Shown here piece after piece: positions 1-9,269 of a stretch of DNA of 23,101 bases (the stretch's first letter is position 1; the number at the start of each line of letters is the position of its first letter). The notes below the pieces were generated by a model. The model was given only the letters and a program-made list of their open reading frames with translations. It was not told the origin of the DNA and made no database searches. Source of the DNA: Pseudomonadota bacterium (GTDB lineage: Bacteria > Bdellovibrionota_B > Oligoflexia > Oligoflexales > CAIYRB01); assembly GCA_031416315.1 (NCBI GenBank), contig JANOTL010000210.1, positions 1-23,101 of the forward strand. The letters are read 5' to 3'. Made by a program: the position numbers and the translations under genes.

Positions 1-206
1 GGCGTCAGGCGCCGGCCGGCGATCTGGACCTTGCCGGCCGTCGGGTCGAGGTTGCCGGTGACCAGTTGGAAGAGCGTCGTCTTCCCGGCCCCGTTTTTCC
101 CGAGGAGCGCGATGGTCTCGCCCGCCTCGAACGTCAGGTCGAGGGGCCCGAGCTTGAACGCGTCGCCGTAGCTCTTCTCGAGTCCCGTGGTCGCGAGCGC
201 CGTCAT
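1..206 (-). CDS. ABC transporter ATP-binding protein (ABC-2/drug-export type), N-terminal part; runs off the window
   Basis: Manual translation from ATG at 206: MTALATTGLEKSYGDAFKLGPLDLTFEAGETIALLGKNGAGKTTLFQLVTGNLDPTAGKVQIAGRRLT. Walker A is GKNGAGKT. The ATG overlaps the upstream permease stop (ATGA, 203-206). Confidence 0.92.
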   Translation of the reverse strand, partial: MTALATTGLEKSYGDAFKLGPLDLTFEAGETIALLGKNGAGKTTLFQLVTGNLDPTAGKVQIAGRRLT

Positions 207-1228
207 GCGCGGTAAAACCTTCCCGCCGAAGTCTTCAAGGCATAGTGCCTGAGAAGCGGCAACAGCGCCAAGCTCAACCAGTGCGCGAGCACCGCCGTCC
301 CGACGAAGGTCGCGACGATCAACGTGATCAAGACGTTCACCGCCGGCTTGCGCCCGTCGATGGTCAAGAGGATGAGAGGTGCGATGCCCAAGGGGAGGGC
401 CGCGAGGACCCCGACCTTGAGCGCATCGAGCGGCGTCAATGCCGTGAAGGTCGCGACGAATCCCAAGAGCAAGGCGGCGGAGCCGAGCACGAAGCCGACG
501 AGCTGATACGCGCCGAGGAATTGATCGTGGGTGACGCCGAGGCTACGCTCGGTCCACGCGACTTGGAGATCCTCCGCCATCTGAAACGCGAGGCTCGTCG
601 ACGCAACGATGCCGCCGGCGAGCGCCGCTGCCGCGGCGACGAAAAGCGGCGCCGCCGCGTGCGCGGCCAAGGCCGCGAGCGCTAGGAATACGAGTCCGAG
701 GACGAGCGCCAAGCGCGCCGCCCGATTGCCGAAGACGAGCTGGGCGAAGCGCCAGCCGGCGACGTCGCCCAAGAGCCGCATCGCGAGGTCGAGGCTCAGA
801 CTCGCGCTCTTCCTTTGCCGCGCCGGCCGGGCGGGCATCCGAGACAAGGCGAGGCTCGCCCCGATCATCGCCGCCTCGAGGACGAAGGCCATCTTGGCGG
901 ACGGTTGCATGAGGAGGCGCACGACGAGGAGCCAGGCGAGCCCGTGCCACACGGTCAACATGAAGACGGCCTGCAAGGCCAGGTACGCCCTCACGGTGCT
1001 CTCGGCCTCACCGAGCGCCCGGGCCATGGCCGACACCGTGCGCTCCTCGACGCGCTCGCGGCGGATCCCTCGCGCCGCAAGCGCTACGGCGAGAAGCCAC
1101 ACCGCATACGATGCATAGCTCGCGAAGTGATCGCGCATCGCTTTCGACAGGGCGGCGACCTGAACGTTGAGAAAATCGTTGAAGACGTAGAAGAACGTCG
1201 CGAACAGCACGCCGCTCGCGACGAGCAC
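203..1228 (-). CDS. Polytopic membrane protein, probable permease partner of the downstream ABC ATPase; true start may lie upstream (about 1315)
   Basis: About 9-10 hydrophobic segments and translational coupling to the ATPase. The frame stays open upstream of GTG 1228 as far as a TAA at about 1343-1345. Confidence 0.8.
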   Translation of the reverse strand: MLVASGVLFATFFYVFNDFLNVQVAALSKAMRDHFASYASYAVWLLAVALAARGIRRERVEERTVSAMARALGEAESTVRAYLALQAVFMLTVWHGLAWLLVVRLLMQPSAKMAFVLEAAMIGASLALSRMPARPARQRKSASLSLDLAMRLLGDVAGWRFAQLVFGNRAARLALVLGLVFLALAALAAHAAAPLFVAAAAALAGGIVASTSLAFQMAEDLQVAWTERSLGVTHDQFLGAYQLVGFVLGSAALLLGFVATFTALTPLDALKVGVLAALPLGIAPLILLTIDGRKPAVNVLITLIVATFVGTAVLAHWLSLALLPLLRHYALKTSAGRFYRA

Positions 1229-1341
1229 GGTGAGCTCGCGCCCGAGATCGTGGCGCAGCCGCTGCCACGCGGCGCCCAGCCCGAGGCCGGAAAGACGTAC
1301 GGCCTGACTTCCGATGTCCGTTCCCCCGCTCGCGTAATCGC

Positions 1342-1371
1342 TTTACAAAGGCAAAGGCGCCCGGCTACTGT
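1342..1371 (+). promoter_or_regulatory. Putative sigma70 promoter for yejABE
   Basis: TTTACA (1342-1347), 18 nt, TACTGT (1366-1371). GGAG SD at 1397-1400. Confidence 0.4.
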
Positions 1372-1410
1372 TTCTCCGAAAGATCCTACACAGAACGGAG
1401 ACTTCCCGTC

Positions 1411-3252
1411 ATGAAGCTTTCGCTCGCCAGGGCCCTGGCGCTCGCCGCCGCGTCCTCCCTTTCGATGAGCGTCGCCGCGCGGGCCGATGGCCCCGGCATG
1501 GCCATGCACGGCGCGCCGAAATACCAGCCGGGTTTCAAGTCCTTCGAGTTCGCCAACGCGGACGCGCCGAAGGGCGGCACCTTAATCCTCGGCGTCGAGG
1601 GCTCCTTCGACACGTTGAACCCGTACTCCGCCAAGGGCGATCCTGCCGGCGAGGTGCAGCCCCTCGTCTTCCAGGAGCTGGGCGAGAGCTCCCCCGAGGA
1701 GCCCTTCTCCCAGTATCCCGCCATCGCCGAGTCCTTCGAGCTCGCCGCCGACAAGCTCTCGATGGTGGTCAAGATCAGGAAGGAGGCCAAGTTCTCCGAC
1801 GGCCAGCCGATCACCGCCGACGACGTCGCGTTCAGCTTCGGCGTCTTCCGCTCCGAGTCGGTGCCGCCCTTCTACAAGTTCTATTGGCAAGACATCAAAG
1901 AGGTGAAGGCCGAGGACAAGCAGACGGTGAAGTTCGTCTTCGCGAAGGAGAACCCCGAGCTGCCGCTGATCACGACGCAGATGCCGGTCCTGCCGAAGCA
2001 CTTCTACGGCGCCAAGGGCGATTTCGGCAAGGACTTCACCGACAAAACGCTAGGCTCCGGTCCCTACACGGTGAAGGAGTTCAAGCGGGACTCGTACGTC
2101 ACCTTCAAGCGCAACCCCGACTTCTGGGGCAAGGACTTGGGCCTCTTCAAGGGCCGCTACAACTTCGACGAGATCACGCTCAAGTACTATAAAGACGCCA
2201 CCGCGCTGACGGAGGCCTTCAAGAAGGGCGACTTCGACATGTACGCGGTGAACAGCTCGAAGGTCTGGGCCCTCGACCTCGTCGGCGAGAAGTTCGACAC
2301 GCTGAAGTACATCAAGAAGGAGCTGTGGCCCCACTCCAACAACCAGGGCTCGCAAGGCTTCGTCTTCAACCTTCGCAAGCCATTGTTCCAGGACGTCCGC
2401 GTCCGCCAGGCCCTCGCCCTGGCCTTCGACTTCGAATGGTCGAACAAGAACCTCTTCTACGGCCAATACAAGGAGAGCCGCAGCTTCTTCGAGAACTCGC
2501 CCTTGAAGGCGACCGGCATGCCGACCCCGGAGGAGCTGAAGATCCTCGAGCCCTTGAAAGCGGACCTGCCCGCCGACGTCTTCACCAAAGAGATGGGCTT
2601 CCTAGGCAAGGGCTTGGACTCCAACGGCCGCCTCCGCGAGGCGATGCGCCTCTTGAAAGAGGCCGGCTATCAGATCAAGGACGGCGTCGCCACTGGCCCC
2701 GCCGGCAAGCTCGAGTGGAAGTTCTTGATCGACGGACCGGGCTTTCTCCGCATCATCGAGCCCTACACCCAGAACTTGAAGAAGATCGGCGCCATCGCCA
2801 CGATCGAGCAGAAGGAGCAGAGCGTCTACACCAAGCGGGTCGAGGCGCACGAATTCGACATGATCGTGCAGACGATCGGCCAGTCGCAGTCGCCCGGCAA
2901 CGAGCAACGCGACTACTGGACCACCGCGGCCGCCGATCAGGAGCACTCGCGCAACAACGCCGGAATCAAGAGTAAGGCGATCGACGCCCTGGTGGATCGC
3001 GTCATCTACGCGAAGACGCGCGAAGAGCTGGAGCTGACGACGCGTTGTCTCGATCGCGCGCTCTACCACTCGCATCCTCAGGTCCACAACTGGCACGCTA
3101 CCGCGCACCGCGCCGCGTTCTGGGACAAGTTCGCGAAACCGAAGGAGCCCAAATTCTACGGGCAGCGCCAGCTCGTCGAGTTCATGTGGTTGGACGCCGC
3201 CAAGGCCAAAAAGCTCGAAGACGCGAAGGCCAAAGGGGCACCGCTCCTGTAG
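1411..3252 (+). CDS. yejA: Peptide ABC transporter substrate-binding protein, YejA-like (SBP family 5)
   Basis: Signal peptide. N-terminal HGAPKYQPGFKSFEFANADAPKGG is typical of YejA. Also FQDVRVRQALALAFDFEWSNKNLFYGQY and QSQSPGNEQRDYW. Confidence 0.9.
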   Translation: MKLSLARALALAAASSLSMSVAARADGPGMAMHGAPKYQPGFKSFEFANADAPKGGTLILGVEGSFDTLNPYSAKGDPAGEVQPLVFQELGESSPEEPFSQYPAIAESFELAADKLSMVVKIRKEAKFSDGQPITADDVAFSFGVFRSESVPPFYKFYWQDIKEVKAEDKQTVKFVFAKENPELPLITTQMPVLPKHFYGAKGDFGKDFTDKTLGSGPYTVKEFKRDSYVTFKRNPDFWGKDLGLFKGRYNFDEITLKYYKDATALTEAFKKGDFDMYAVNSSKVWALDLVGEKFDTLKYIKKELWPHSNNQGSQGFVFNLRKPLFQDVRVRQALALAFDFEWSNKNLFYGQYKESRSFFENSPLKATGMPTPEELKILEPLKADLPADVFTKEMGFLGKGLDSNGRLREAMRLLKEAGYQIKDGVATGPAGKLEWKFLIDGPGFLRIIEPYTQNLKKIGAIATIEQKEQSVYTKRVEAHEFDMIVQTIGQSQSPGNEQRDYWTTAAADQEHSRNNAGIKSKAIDALVDRVIYAKTREELELTTRCLDRALYHSHPQVHNWHATAHRAAFWDKFAKPKEPKFYGQRQLVEFMWLDAAKAKKLEDAKAKGAPLL

Positions 3253-3280
3253 AGGGCCTCACAGTTCCTCTAAGGCACGC

Positions 3281-4339
3281 ATGCAAACCTACATTCTGAA
3301 GCGGATCCTGCTCTTCCTGCCGACTTTGCTCGGCGTGGTGCTGATCAACTTCGCAATCATTCAGTTCGTGCCGGGCGGGCCCGTCGAGCAGACGCTCAAC
3401 AAGCTCCGCCACGGCGGGCGCAGCGGCGGCGGCGGCGAGGTCGCGATGACCGACGGCGGCAACCGCCTGCGCAAGGGGCTCGACGCCGATCAGATCGCCC
3501 AAATCCAGAAGCTCTACGACTTCGATAAGCCCGTCCACGTCCGGCTCGTCATGTGGGTGACCAAGCTCTTCACCTTCCAGTTCGGCGAATCCTACTTCCA
3601 CCACAAGGAAGTCATCGAGCTCGTGAAGGAGAAGTTGCCGGTCTCGGTCTCCTTGGGAGTCGCCTCCTTCTTCCTGACCTATCTGTTATGCATCCCCTTG
3701 GGGATCGCGAAGGCCGTGCGCGACGGCTCGCCGTTCGACCTGCTCACCAGCACCGTCGTCCTGGTCGGCTACAGCATTCCGGGCTTCGTCCTCGGCGTGC
3801 TCCTGATCCTCCTCTTCGGCGGGGGCAGCTTTTGGGACGTGTTCCCGATTCGTGGGCTCACGTCAGACAACTTCGCCACGCTGGATACCTGGGGAAAAAT
3901 CAAGGATTACGCTCACCACTTGGTCCTGCCGCTGATCTGCCTCAACATCGGCGGCTTCGCCGTGATGACCGCGCTGGTGAAGAACACCGTCATCGACAAC
4001 ATGCAGCAGCTCTACGTGCTGACGGCGCGCGCGAAAGGCGTCACGGCGCGCTGGGTCCTGTGGAAGCACATCTTTCGCAACTCGATGATCCCCCTCGTCA
4101 CCGGCTTCGCTGGTAGTTTCCTGACCATGTTCTTCGGCGGCAGCCTCCTGATCGAGACGCTCTTCTCGCTCGACGGCCTGGGCCTCCTCTCCTTTCAGTC
4201 CGTGATGCAGCGCGACTACCCCGTGGTGATGGCGACGCAGTTCTTCTTCTCGCTGCTCTTCGTGATCGGGAACTTGATGAGCGACATCATGTATGTTCTC
4301 GTCGACCCGCGCATCGACTTCGGCGCGATGGTGGAATGA
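3281..4339 (+). CDS. yejB: Peptide ABC transporter permease, YejB-like
   Basis: YILKRILLFLPTLLGV...IIQFVPGGPVEQ, EAA loop YVLTARAKGV, and LIETLFSLDGLGLL...RDYPVV. Confidence 0.9.
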   Translation: MQTYILKRILLFLPTLLGVVLINFAIIQFVPGGPVEQTLNKLRHGGRSGGGGEVAMTDGGNRLRKGLDADQIAQIQKLYDFDKPVHVRLVMWVTKLFTFQFGESYFHHKEVIELVKEKLPVSVSLGVASFFLTYLLCIPLGIAKAVRDGSPFDLLTSTVVLVGYSIPGFVLGVLLILLFGGGSFWDVFPIRGLTSDNFATLDTWGKIKDYAHHLVLPLICLNIGGFAVMTALVKNTVIDNMQQLYVLTARAKGVTARWVLWKHIFRNSMIPLVTGFAGSFLTMFFGGSLLIETLFSLDGLGLLSFQSVMQRDYPVVMATQFFFSLLFVIGNLMSDIMYVLVDPRIDFGAMVE

Positions 4340-5361
4340 TGAAAGGCGACCTCGCACGCCGGCGCTGGGCGATCTTCCGCAGCCAAAAGCGCGGCTACGT
4401 CAGCTTGATCCTGCTCACGATCATGATCGGGCTCTCTTTGTTCGCGAATGTTCTGTGCAATCAGCGCCCGTTGCTGATCAATTACAACGGCGAGCTCTAC
4501 GTGCCGATCCTGAAGGACTACCCGGAGACCCTCTTCGGCGGCGTCTTCGAGACCGAAACCGACTACGCCGACCCCTTCTTCAAGGGCGAGATCGCGAAGC
4601 CCGGCAATTGGGCGATCTACCCGCCCGTCCGCTTCGACTATGCGTACGTCGACACCAGCCTCTTGGCGCCGGCGCCCTCGCCGCCCGACCGCGAGCACCT
4701 TCTCGGCACCGACGACCGCTCGCGCGATGTGATGTCGCGCCTCGTCTACGGCTTCCGCCTGTCGATCGTCTTCGGCATGACGCTCGCCATCTTCGGCTCC
4801 ATCGTCGGTATCATCATCGGCGCGATCCAAGGCTACGTCGGCGGCTTTCTCGACCTCATCGGGCAGCGCCTGTCGGAGGTCTGGGGCTCGCAGAACGAGC
4901 TCTACCTCCTGATTATCCTGAGCTCGATCTTCGAGCCTTCGGTCGCCGTCATCTTCCTCTTGCTCTCGCTCTTCGGCTGGATGGGCCTCGCCGCGTACGT
5001 GCGCGCCGAGTTTCTCCGCGCCCGCAACTACGAATACGTCCAATCCGCGGTCGCCCTCGGCGGCTCGCGCGTGCGCGTCATGTTCAAGCACATCCTGCCG
5101 AACGCGCTAACGCCCGTGATCACTTTTTTCCCGTTCCGCGTCTCTGCGGGAATCATGGGGCTCACGGCGCTCGACTTCCTGTCGATGGGCGTCCCGCCGC
5201 CGACCCCGTCCCTGGGCGAGCTCTTGAGCCAAGGCAAGTCCAACCTGCAGAGCTGGTGGATCATCATCTCGGTCTTCGTCGTCATCACCGCGATGATCAT
5301 GATGCTGAACTTCATCGGGGAAGCCATCCAGAAGGCGATGGACCCCAAAGCCGTCGCCTGA
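4336..5361 (+). CDS. yejE: Peptide ABC transporter permease, YejE-like
   Basis: RRWAIFRSQKRGYVSL, YPETLFGGVFETETDYADP, HLLGTDDRSRDV, and EAA loop VRAEFLRARNYEYV. The start overlaps the yejB stop. Confidence 0.9.
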   Translation: MMKGDLARRRWAIFRSQKRGYVSLILLTIMIGLSLFANVLCNQRPLLINYNGELYVPILKDYPETLFGGVFETETDYADPFFKGEIAKPGNWAIYPPVRFDYAYVDTSLLAPAPSPPDREHLLGTDDRSRDVMSRLVYGFRLSIVFGMTLAIFGSIVGIIIGAIQGYVGGFLDLIGQRLSEVWGSQNELYLLIILSSIFEPSVAVIFLLLSLFGWMGLAAYVRAEFLRARNYEYVQSAVALGGSRVRVMFKHILPNALTPVITFFPFRVSAGIMGLTALDFLSMGVPPPTPSLGELLSQGKSNLQSWWIIISVFVVITAMIMMLNFIGEAIQKAMDPKAVA

Positions 5362-5372
5362 AAGCCGAGCCG

Positions 5373-6326
5373 CTACTTCTCCGTCGGCCCGCCCGGTCCC
5401 GGAGTCGTCACCCAAGTCTCGATCGCCAAGCGCACGAACGGCTTGAATTTCGTGTTCTGAATGACGATCTCCTTGCCCTTCTCGTCGTGGAGCACGAGGT
5501 CCTCGCGCGTGACCCCGCCCTCGAGCGCCGCGAATGCCGGGCCCACGAGCTTGCGGCGAACGCCGGCGAGCCCGTACAGGGCGCTGCCCTCGACCCAACC
5601 GGCGCCCGCGACGCCGTACACGGGGTACTCGCGCGAGGTCGCGCGCCCGCCGCCGTAGAATTTCCAGGCGCCGTCCGGCGTCTCCCAGCCCGCGAGGAAG
5701 TGACTCGGGATCGCGACGTCGAGCGAGAAGCCGTTCTTCCGATCGATGCGGTGCCCAACGAGGAAGAGCCACTTGTTGAAGCCGGGAAAATGCCTGAGCC
5801 GCACCAAGGCCCGCGACTCGGTATCGTCCGTGTCGCCGATCTTCAGCTTGAACGGCAGCGCGTCATCGGAGAAATCGGCACCGACGATGTACTCGCTCAT
5901 CGGCTTCGCGTCGTCCTTGAACGACATGTTGCCGTAGCGCTCGACGACGACCAGAAACCGCGGCGCTCCTTCCTGCGCGTGCGGTAAAAACACCACGCCG
6001 GCGCCCGCGACGTTGGGATTGCGCGCGTCGTTCTCCGACGGTCCCAGCGCTTTGGGGTCGTACTCGCGCTGCTCTTTGTAGAAGTCGCCCTTGAGCAGGA
6101 ACATGCCCCCGAGCACCCGCGCCGGGATCGGCACGAGGAGCGCCATCTCGTAGCGCCGTCTTTTCACCTCCGTCTCGGTCTCGACCCCTTCGGACTTCGT
6201 CACCTCGATCGGTGCGGCCCAATCTTCCTCGACGGCGATCCAAGGCCCCTTGGCGACCTTCGCCCAAGCGGCGGGGGGAGGGGAGAGGGCGAAAACGGTG
6301 GCTACGAGGGCCGCAAACTTCAACAT
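5373..6326 (-). CDS. Exported protein, probable outer-membrane beta-barrel (DUF6268-like pattern)
   Basis: Signal peptide MLKFAALVATVFALSPPPAAWA, alternating amphipathic strands, and a terminal strand FVRLAIETW followed by a short tail. AGGA SD at 6337-6340. Start is ATG 6326 or TTG 6332. Confidence 0.65.
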   Translation of the reverse strand: MLKFAALVATVFALSPPPAAWAKVAKGPWIAVEEDWAAPIEVTKSEGVETETEVKRRRYEMALLVPIPARVLGGMFLLKGDFYKEQREYDPKALGPSENDARNPNVAGAGVVFLPHAQEGAPRFLVVVERYGNMSFKDDAKPMSEYIVGADFSDDALPFKLKIGDTDDTESRALVRLRHFPGFNKWLFLVGHRIDRKNGFSLDVAIPSHFLAGWETPDGAWKFYGGGRATSREYPVYGVAGAGWVEGSALYGLAGVRRKLVGPAFAALEGGVTREDLVLHDEKGKEIVIQNTKFKPFVRLAIETWVTTPGPGGPTEK

Positions 6327-6453
6327 GAGCAACTCGTCCTATTGCCTGAAATCACGAATTATTTCTGTTGCATAGGCAGTATAGGCCCACGCGGCTTGGC
6401 ACGGAAGCCGCCATTCCTATATACGTAAAGCCGCGCTAGGAGATCCCCGCCCG

Positions 6454-7245
6454 ATGATCGACATCCAGTCCGGTGAAGCCAAAACCCCATTTGCGATCGA
6501 GTCCGTGGGGATCCTGAACCTCGTCTACCCGATCGTGATCAAGGATCGGGTCAGCGGCGAGGTGCAGTCGACCAGCGCCACCTGGCGGATGGGCGTGGCC
6601 CTCCCGGCCGAGCGCCGCGGCACCCACATGTCGCGCTTCATCGCCGAGCTGGAAGCCGCGCACACCAGGCCTTTCGACCTCGACGAACATTTTCGATTCG
6701 CGCTCCACGTCGCCGCACGTCTCGATGCGGCGCCCCTCCATTCTTGCGACATCTCGGCGAAGTTCGCCTGGTTCCGCACGGTGAAGGCCCCCGTCTCCGG
6801 CCTCGCCTCGCACCTCGTCTCCGAGCTCGAGCTCAAGTCGAAGACCGGCGACCACGCCGAAAAGGCCATGCGCGTCACCGTCTCGGCGAAATCCCTCTGC
6901 CCCTGCTCGAAGGCGATCTCCGACCGCGGCGCCCATAACCAGCGCTCCGACATCACCGTCGAGCTCGCCTTCGCCCCCGACGCCGTCTCGATGTCTCCGA
7001 ACCGCGTCCTCGAGCTGATCGAGCAGTGCGCGAGCTCTCCCGTCTACCCGCTGCTGAAGCGCGAGGACGAGAAGCACGTCACGGAGCACGCGTACGACCA
7101 CCCGGTCTTCGTAGAGGATCTGGTGCGCAACATCGCAAGCCGCCTGCACGACCTTCCCGACATCACGCGTTTCGAGGTCGAGGCGATCAATCGCGAGTCG
7201 ATCCATGCGCACGATGCGTACGCGCGGATCCGGTTTACGCGCTAA
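6454..7245 (+). CDS. folE2: GTP cyclohydrolase IB (FolE2)
   Basis: Family motifs DIQS, RGTHMSRF, SLCPCSKAIS..GAHNQRS, LLKREDEK, FVEDLVR and ESIHAHDAYA. AGGAG SD upstream. Confidence 0.95.
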   Translation: MIDIQSGEAKTPFAIESVGILNLVYPIVIKDRVSGEVQSTSATWRMGVALPAERRGTHMSRFIAELEAAHTRPFDLDEHFRFALHVAARLDAAPLHSCDISAKFAWFRTVKAPVSGLASHLVSELELKSKTGDHAEKAMRVTVSAKSLCPCSKAISDRGAHNQRSDITVELAFAPDAVSMSPNRVLELIEQCASSPVYPLLKREDEKHVTEHAYDHPVFVEDLVRNIASRLHDLPDITRFEVEAINRESIHAHDAYARIRFTR

Positions 7246-8465
7246 GCGAACCGTCCCCATTCGACCCGCTCCAAAGTCGCCGCCAACGCGTCGACGTCCC
7301 CTCGCGTATTGAACCATGCATTCGACACGCGCAAGAGCTGCGTTCCATCCCCCAACTTAGGCATCGCCACCTCGAACTGCTCCACCGCCCGGAAGTGATT
7401 CCAAGCCTTATCCGCATCGATTCTCACGGCGCCCGGCACCTTGAACGCGACCATGCAAGTCGAAAGCTCCGGATGCTCGTGGCTCACGACCGTCATCTTC
7501 GAGCCCAGCCGATTGCGGCAGTAATGCGCTAAAGTGCGCGTCCGCTCTTCGACTTCGGCCGGCGTCACCTCGCGCAAGAAGCGCAGCACCTCCGGCAAGA
7601 CGCACAAAGGCACGAGATCCCGCGTCCCCTGATACTCGTGCGCGTGGCACCAGCGCGTCGTGCCGCTCTCGCTCTCCTCGTCGAGCATGGCAGGATCCCG
7701 CATCAGCTCGAACGTGGCCGTCGTCACGAGCGGCACCGTCACCGAGCGCAGCTCCGGCCGCACGAAGAGGAACGCCGAGCCCGTCGCTCCCATCATCCAT
7801 TTGTGCACGTTGGCGAAATAGAAATCGGGCGCCATCGCGCCCAAGGGCAGCGGCACCAACCCGGGCGCATGCGCGCCGTCGACGATCGAGAGCGCCCCGA
7901 CGTCGCGCGCCAGCTTGCACAGCTCCAACGCCGGAAACCGCAAGCCTGTCGCGCTCGTCACGTGGCTGAAGAAGACCGCGCGCGTCTTCGGCCCCGTCTG
8001 CGCGCGAAACGCCTCGACGAGCATCGCCGGCGTGTAGCCCGGCGCCGTCTCGCGCGTCGGCAGGGCCACCGTCCGCACAACGAGTCCGGTCTCTGCCGCG
8101 AGCCGACGCCACATCACGACGTAGTGGTGGTACTCCTGGTCGCTCGTCACCACCTCGTCGCCCGGCCGCCACGCAATCGACCGCGCCACCGTGTTCATCG
8201 CGTAGGTCGAGTTGTTGAACAGCAAGAGGGACCGTCGGTCGACCCCGAGGTGCGCCGCCAGCTCCCGCCGCGCCGCTTCGACCAAGAGGGGCGCCGTGCG
8301 GAACACGAACTGCACCGGATCCTCGGCCTTGACCGTCTGCCAGCCGACCAAGGCGTCGAGCGCCATCCGGCTCGTCGGCGAGCAGGTTCCGGCGTTCAGA
8401 TTGGTCACGCCGGCTTTCAGACAGAGCCTGCCGCGTCGCGCCGCCCATTCGTCCTCGGTTTTCAT
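7242..8465 (-). CDS. PLP-dependent aminotransferase class V, isopenicillin N epimerase (CefD)-like
   Basis: NLNAGTCSP, FFSHVTSATG, IVDGAHAPG, and PLP-lysine motif DFYFANVHKW. Its stop overlaps the folE2 stop by 4 bp. Confidence 0.88.
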   Translation of the reverse strand: MKTEDEWAARRGRLCLKAGVTNLNAGTCSPTSRMALDALVGWQTVKAEDPVQFVFRTAPLLVEAARRELAAHLGVDRRSLLLFNNSTYAMNTVARSIAWRPGDEVVTSDQEYHHYVVMWRRLAAETGLVVRTVALPTRETAPGYTPAMLVEAFRAQTGPKTRAVFFSHVTSATGLRFPALELCKLARDVGALSIVDGAHAPGLVPLPLGAMAPDFYFANVHKWMMGATGSAFLFVRPELRSVTVPLVTTATFELMRDPAMLDEESESGTTRWCHAHEYQGTRDLVPLCVLPEVLRFLREVTPAEVEERTRTLAHYCRNRLGSKMTVVSHEHPELSTCMVAFKVPGAVRIDADKAWNHFRAVEQFEVAMPKLGDGTQLLRVSNAWFNTRGDVDALAATLERVEWGRFA

Positions 8466-8588
8466 GCCGTCATATCCGTTGGTTCGAAAAGGGCTCGTTC
8501 AGTCCGCCAATTTCGGCTAATTATCGCCGTGTAGGTGGGAGCTTGCAACAAGTGCCGATCAAGTAGCGGCATCCGAAGGAGGTCCGTC

Positions 8589-9245
8589 ATGGCGCACGTC
8601 GCCGTCGTCCTGTGCGGCTCGGGTTTCAAGGATGGCTCCGAGATTCACGAGTCGGTGCTCGCCATGCTTGCGCTGGAGGAGGCGGGCGCCACCGTTCAAT
8701 GCCTCTCGCTCGCGAAGCCGCAAGCGGATGCCGTGAACCACCTCACGATGGAGCCGTACGCCGCGCCGCGCTCGATGATCGAGGAAGCGGCGCGCATCGC
8801 TCGCGGCAACGTCAAGGATCTGACGACCGTGACCCCAGCAGACTTCGACGCCGTCGTCCTGCCGGGCGGTTTCGGCGCGGCGAAGAACCTCTGCGACTTC
8901 GCCGCGAAAGGCGCCGCGATGCGGGTCGACGCCGACCTCGAGCGCTTCCTCCTCGGCATGCACGAGGCTAAAAAACCCATCGGCGCCATCTGCATCGCTC
9001 CGGTCGTCTTAGCCAAGCTCTTCGGCCGCCAGAATCCGGAGCTCACCATCGGCAATGACCCAGAGACCGCCGCCGCGCTCGTGGAGCTCGGCGTGCAGCA
9101 CGTCGCCTGCGCCGTCGACGCGATCGTCGTCGACCGGAAGAACCTCTTCGTCAGCACCCCGGCTTACATGCTCGGCGCATCGGTGAAAGACATCCATCAA
9201 GGCATCCGCAAGCTCGCGAACGAAGTCGTTCGCATGACCAAATAG
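8589..9245 (+). CDS. elbB: ElbB/ES1-family glyoxalase (DJ-1/PfpI superfamily)
   Basis: VVLCGSGFKDGSEIHE, EAARIARG, PGGFGAAKNLCDFA, nucleophile GAICIAP, and STPAYML. AAGGAGG SD at 8576-8582 supports ATG 8589. Confidence 0.93.
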   Translation: MAHVAVVLCGSGFKDGSEIHESVLAMLALEEAGATVQCLSLAKPQADAVNHLTMEPYAAPRSMIEEAARIARGNVKDLTTVTPADFDAVVLPGGFGAAKNLCDFAAKGAAMRVDADLERFLLGMHEAKKPIGAICIAPVVLAKLFGRQNPELTIGNDPETAAALVELGVQHVACAVDAIVVDRKNLFVSTPAYMLGASVKDIHQGIRKLANEVVRMTK

Positions 9246-9269
9246 TTCTCGAAAGGCACGTTTTCCCGC

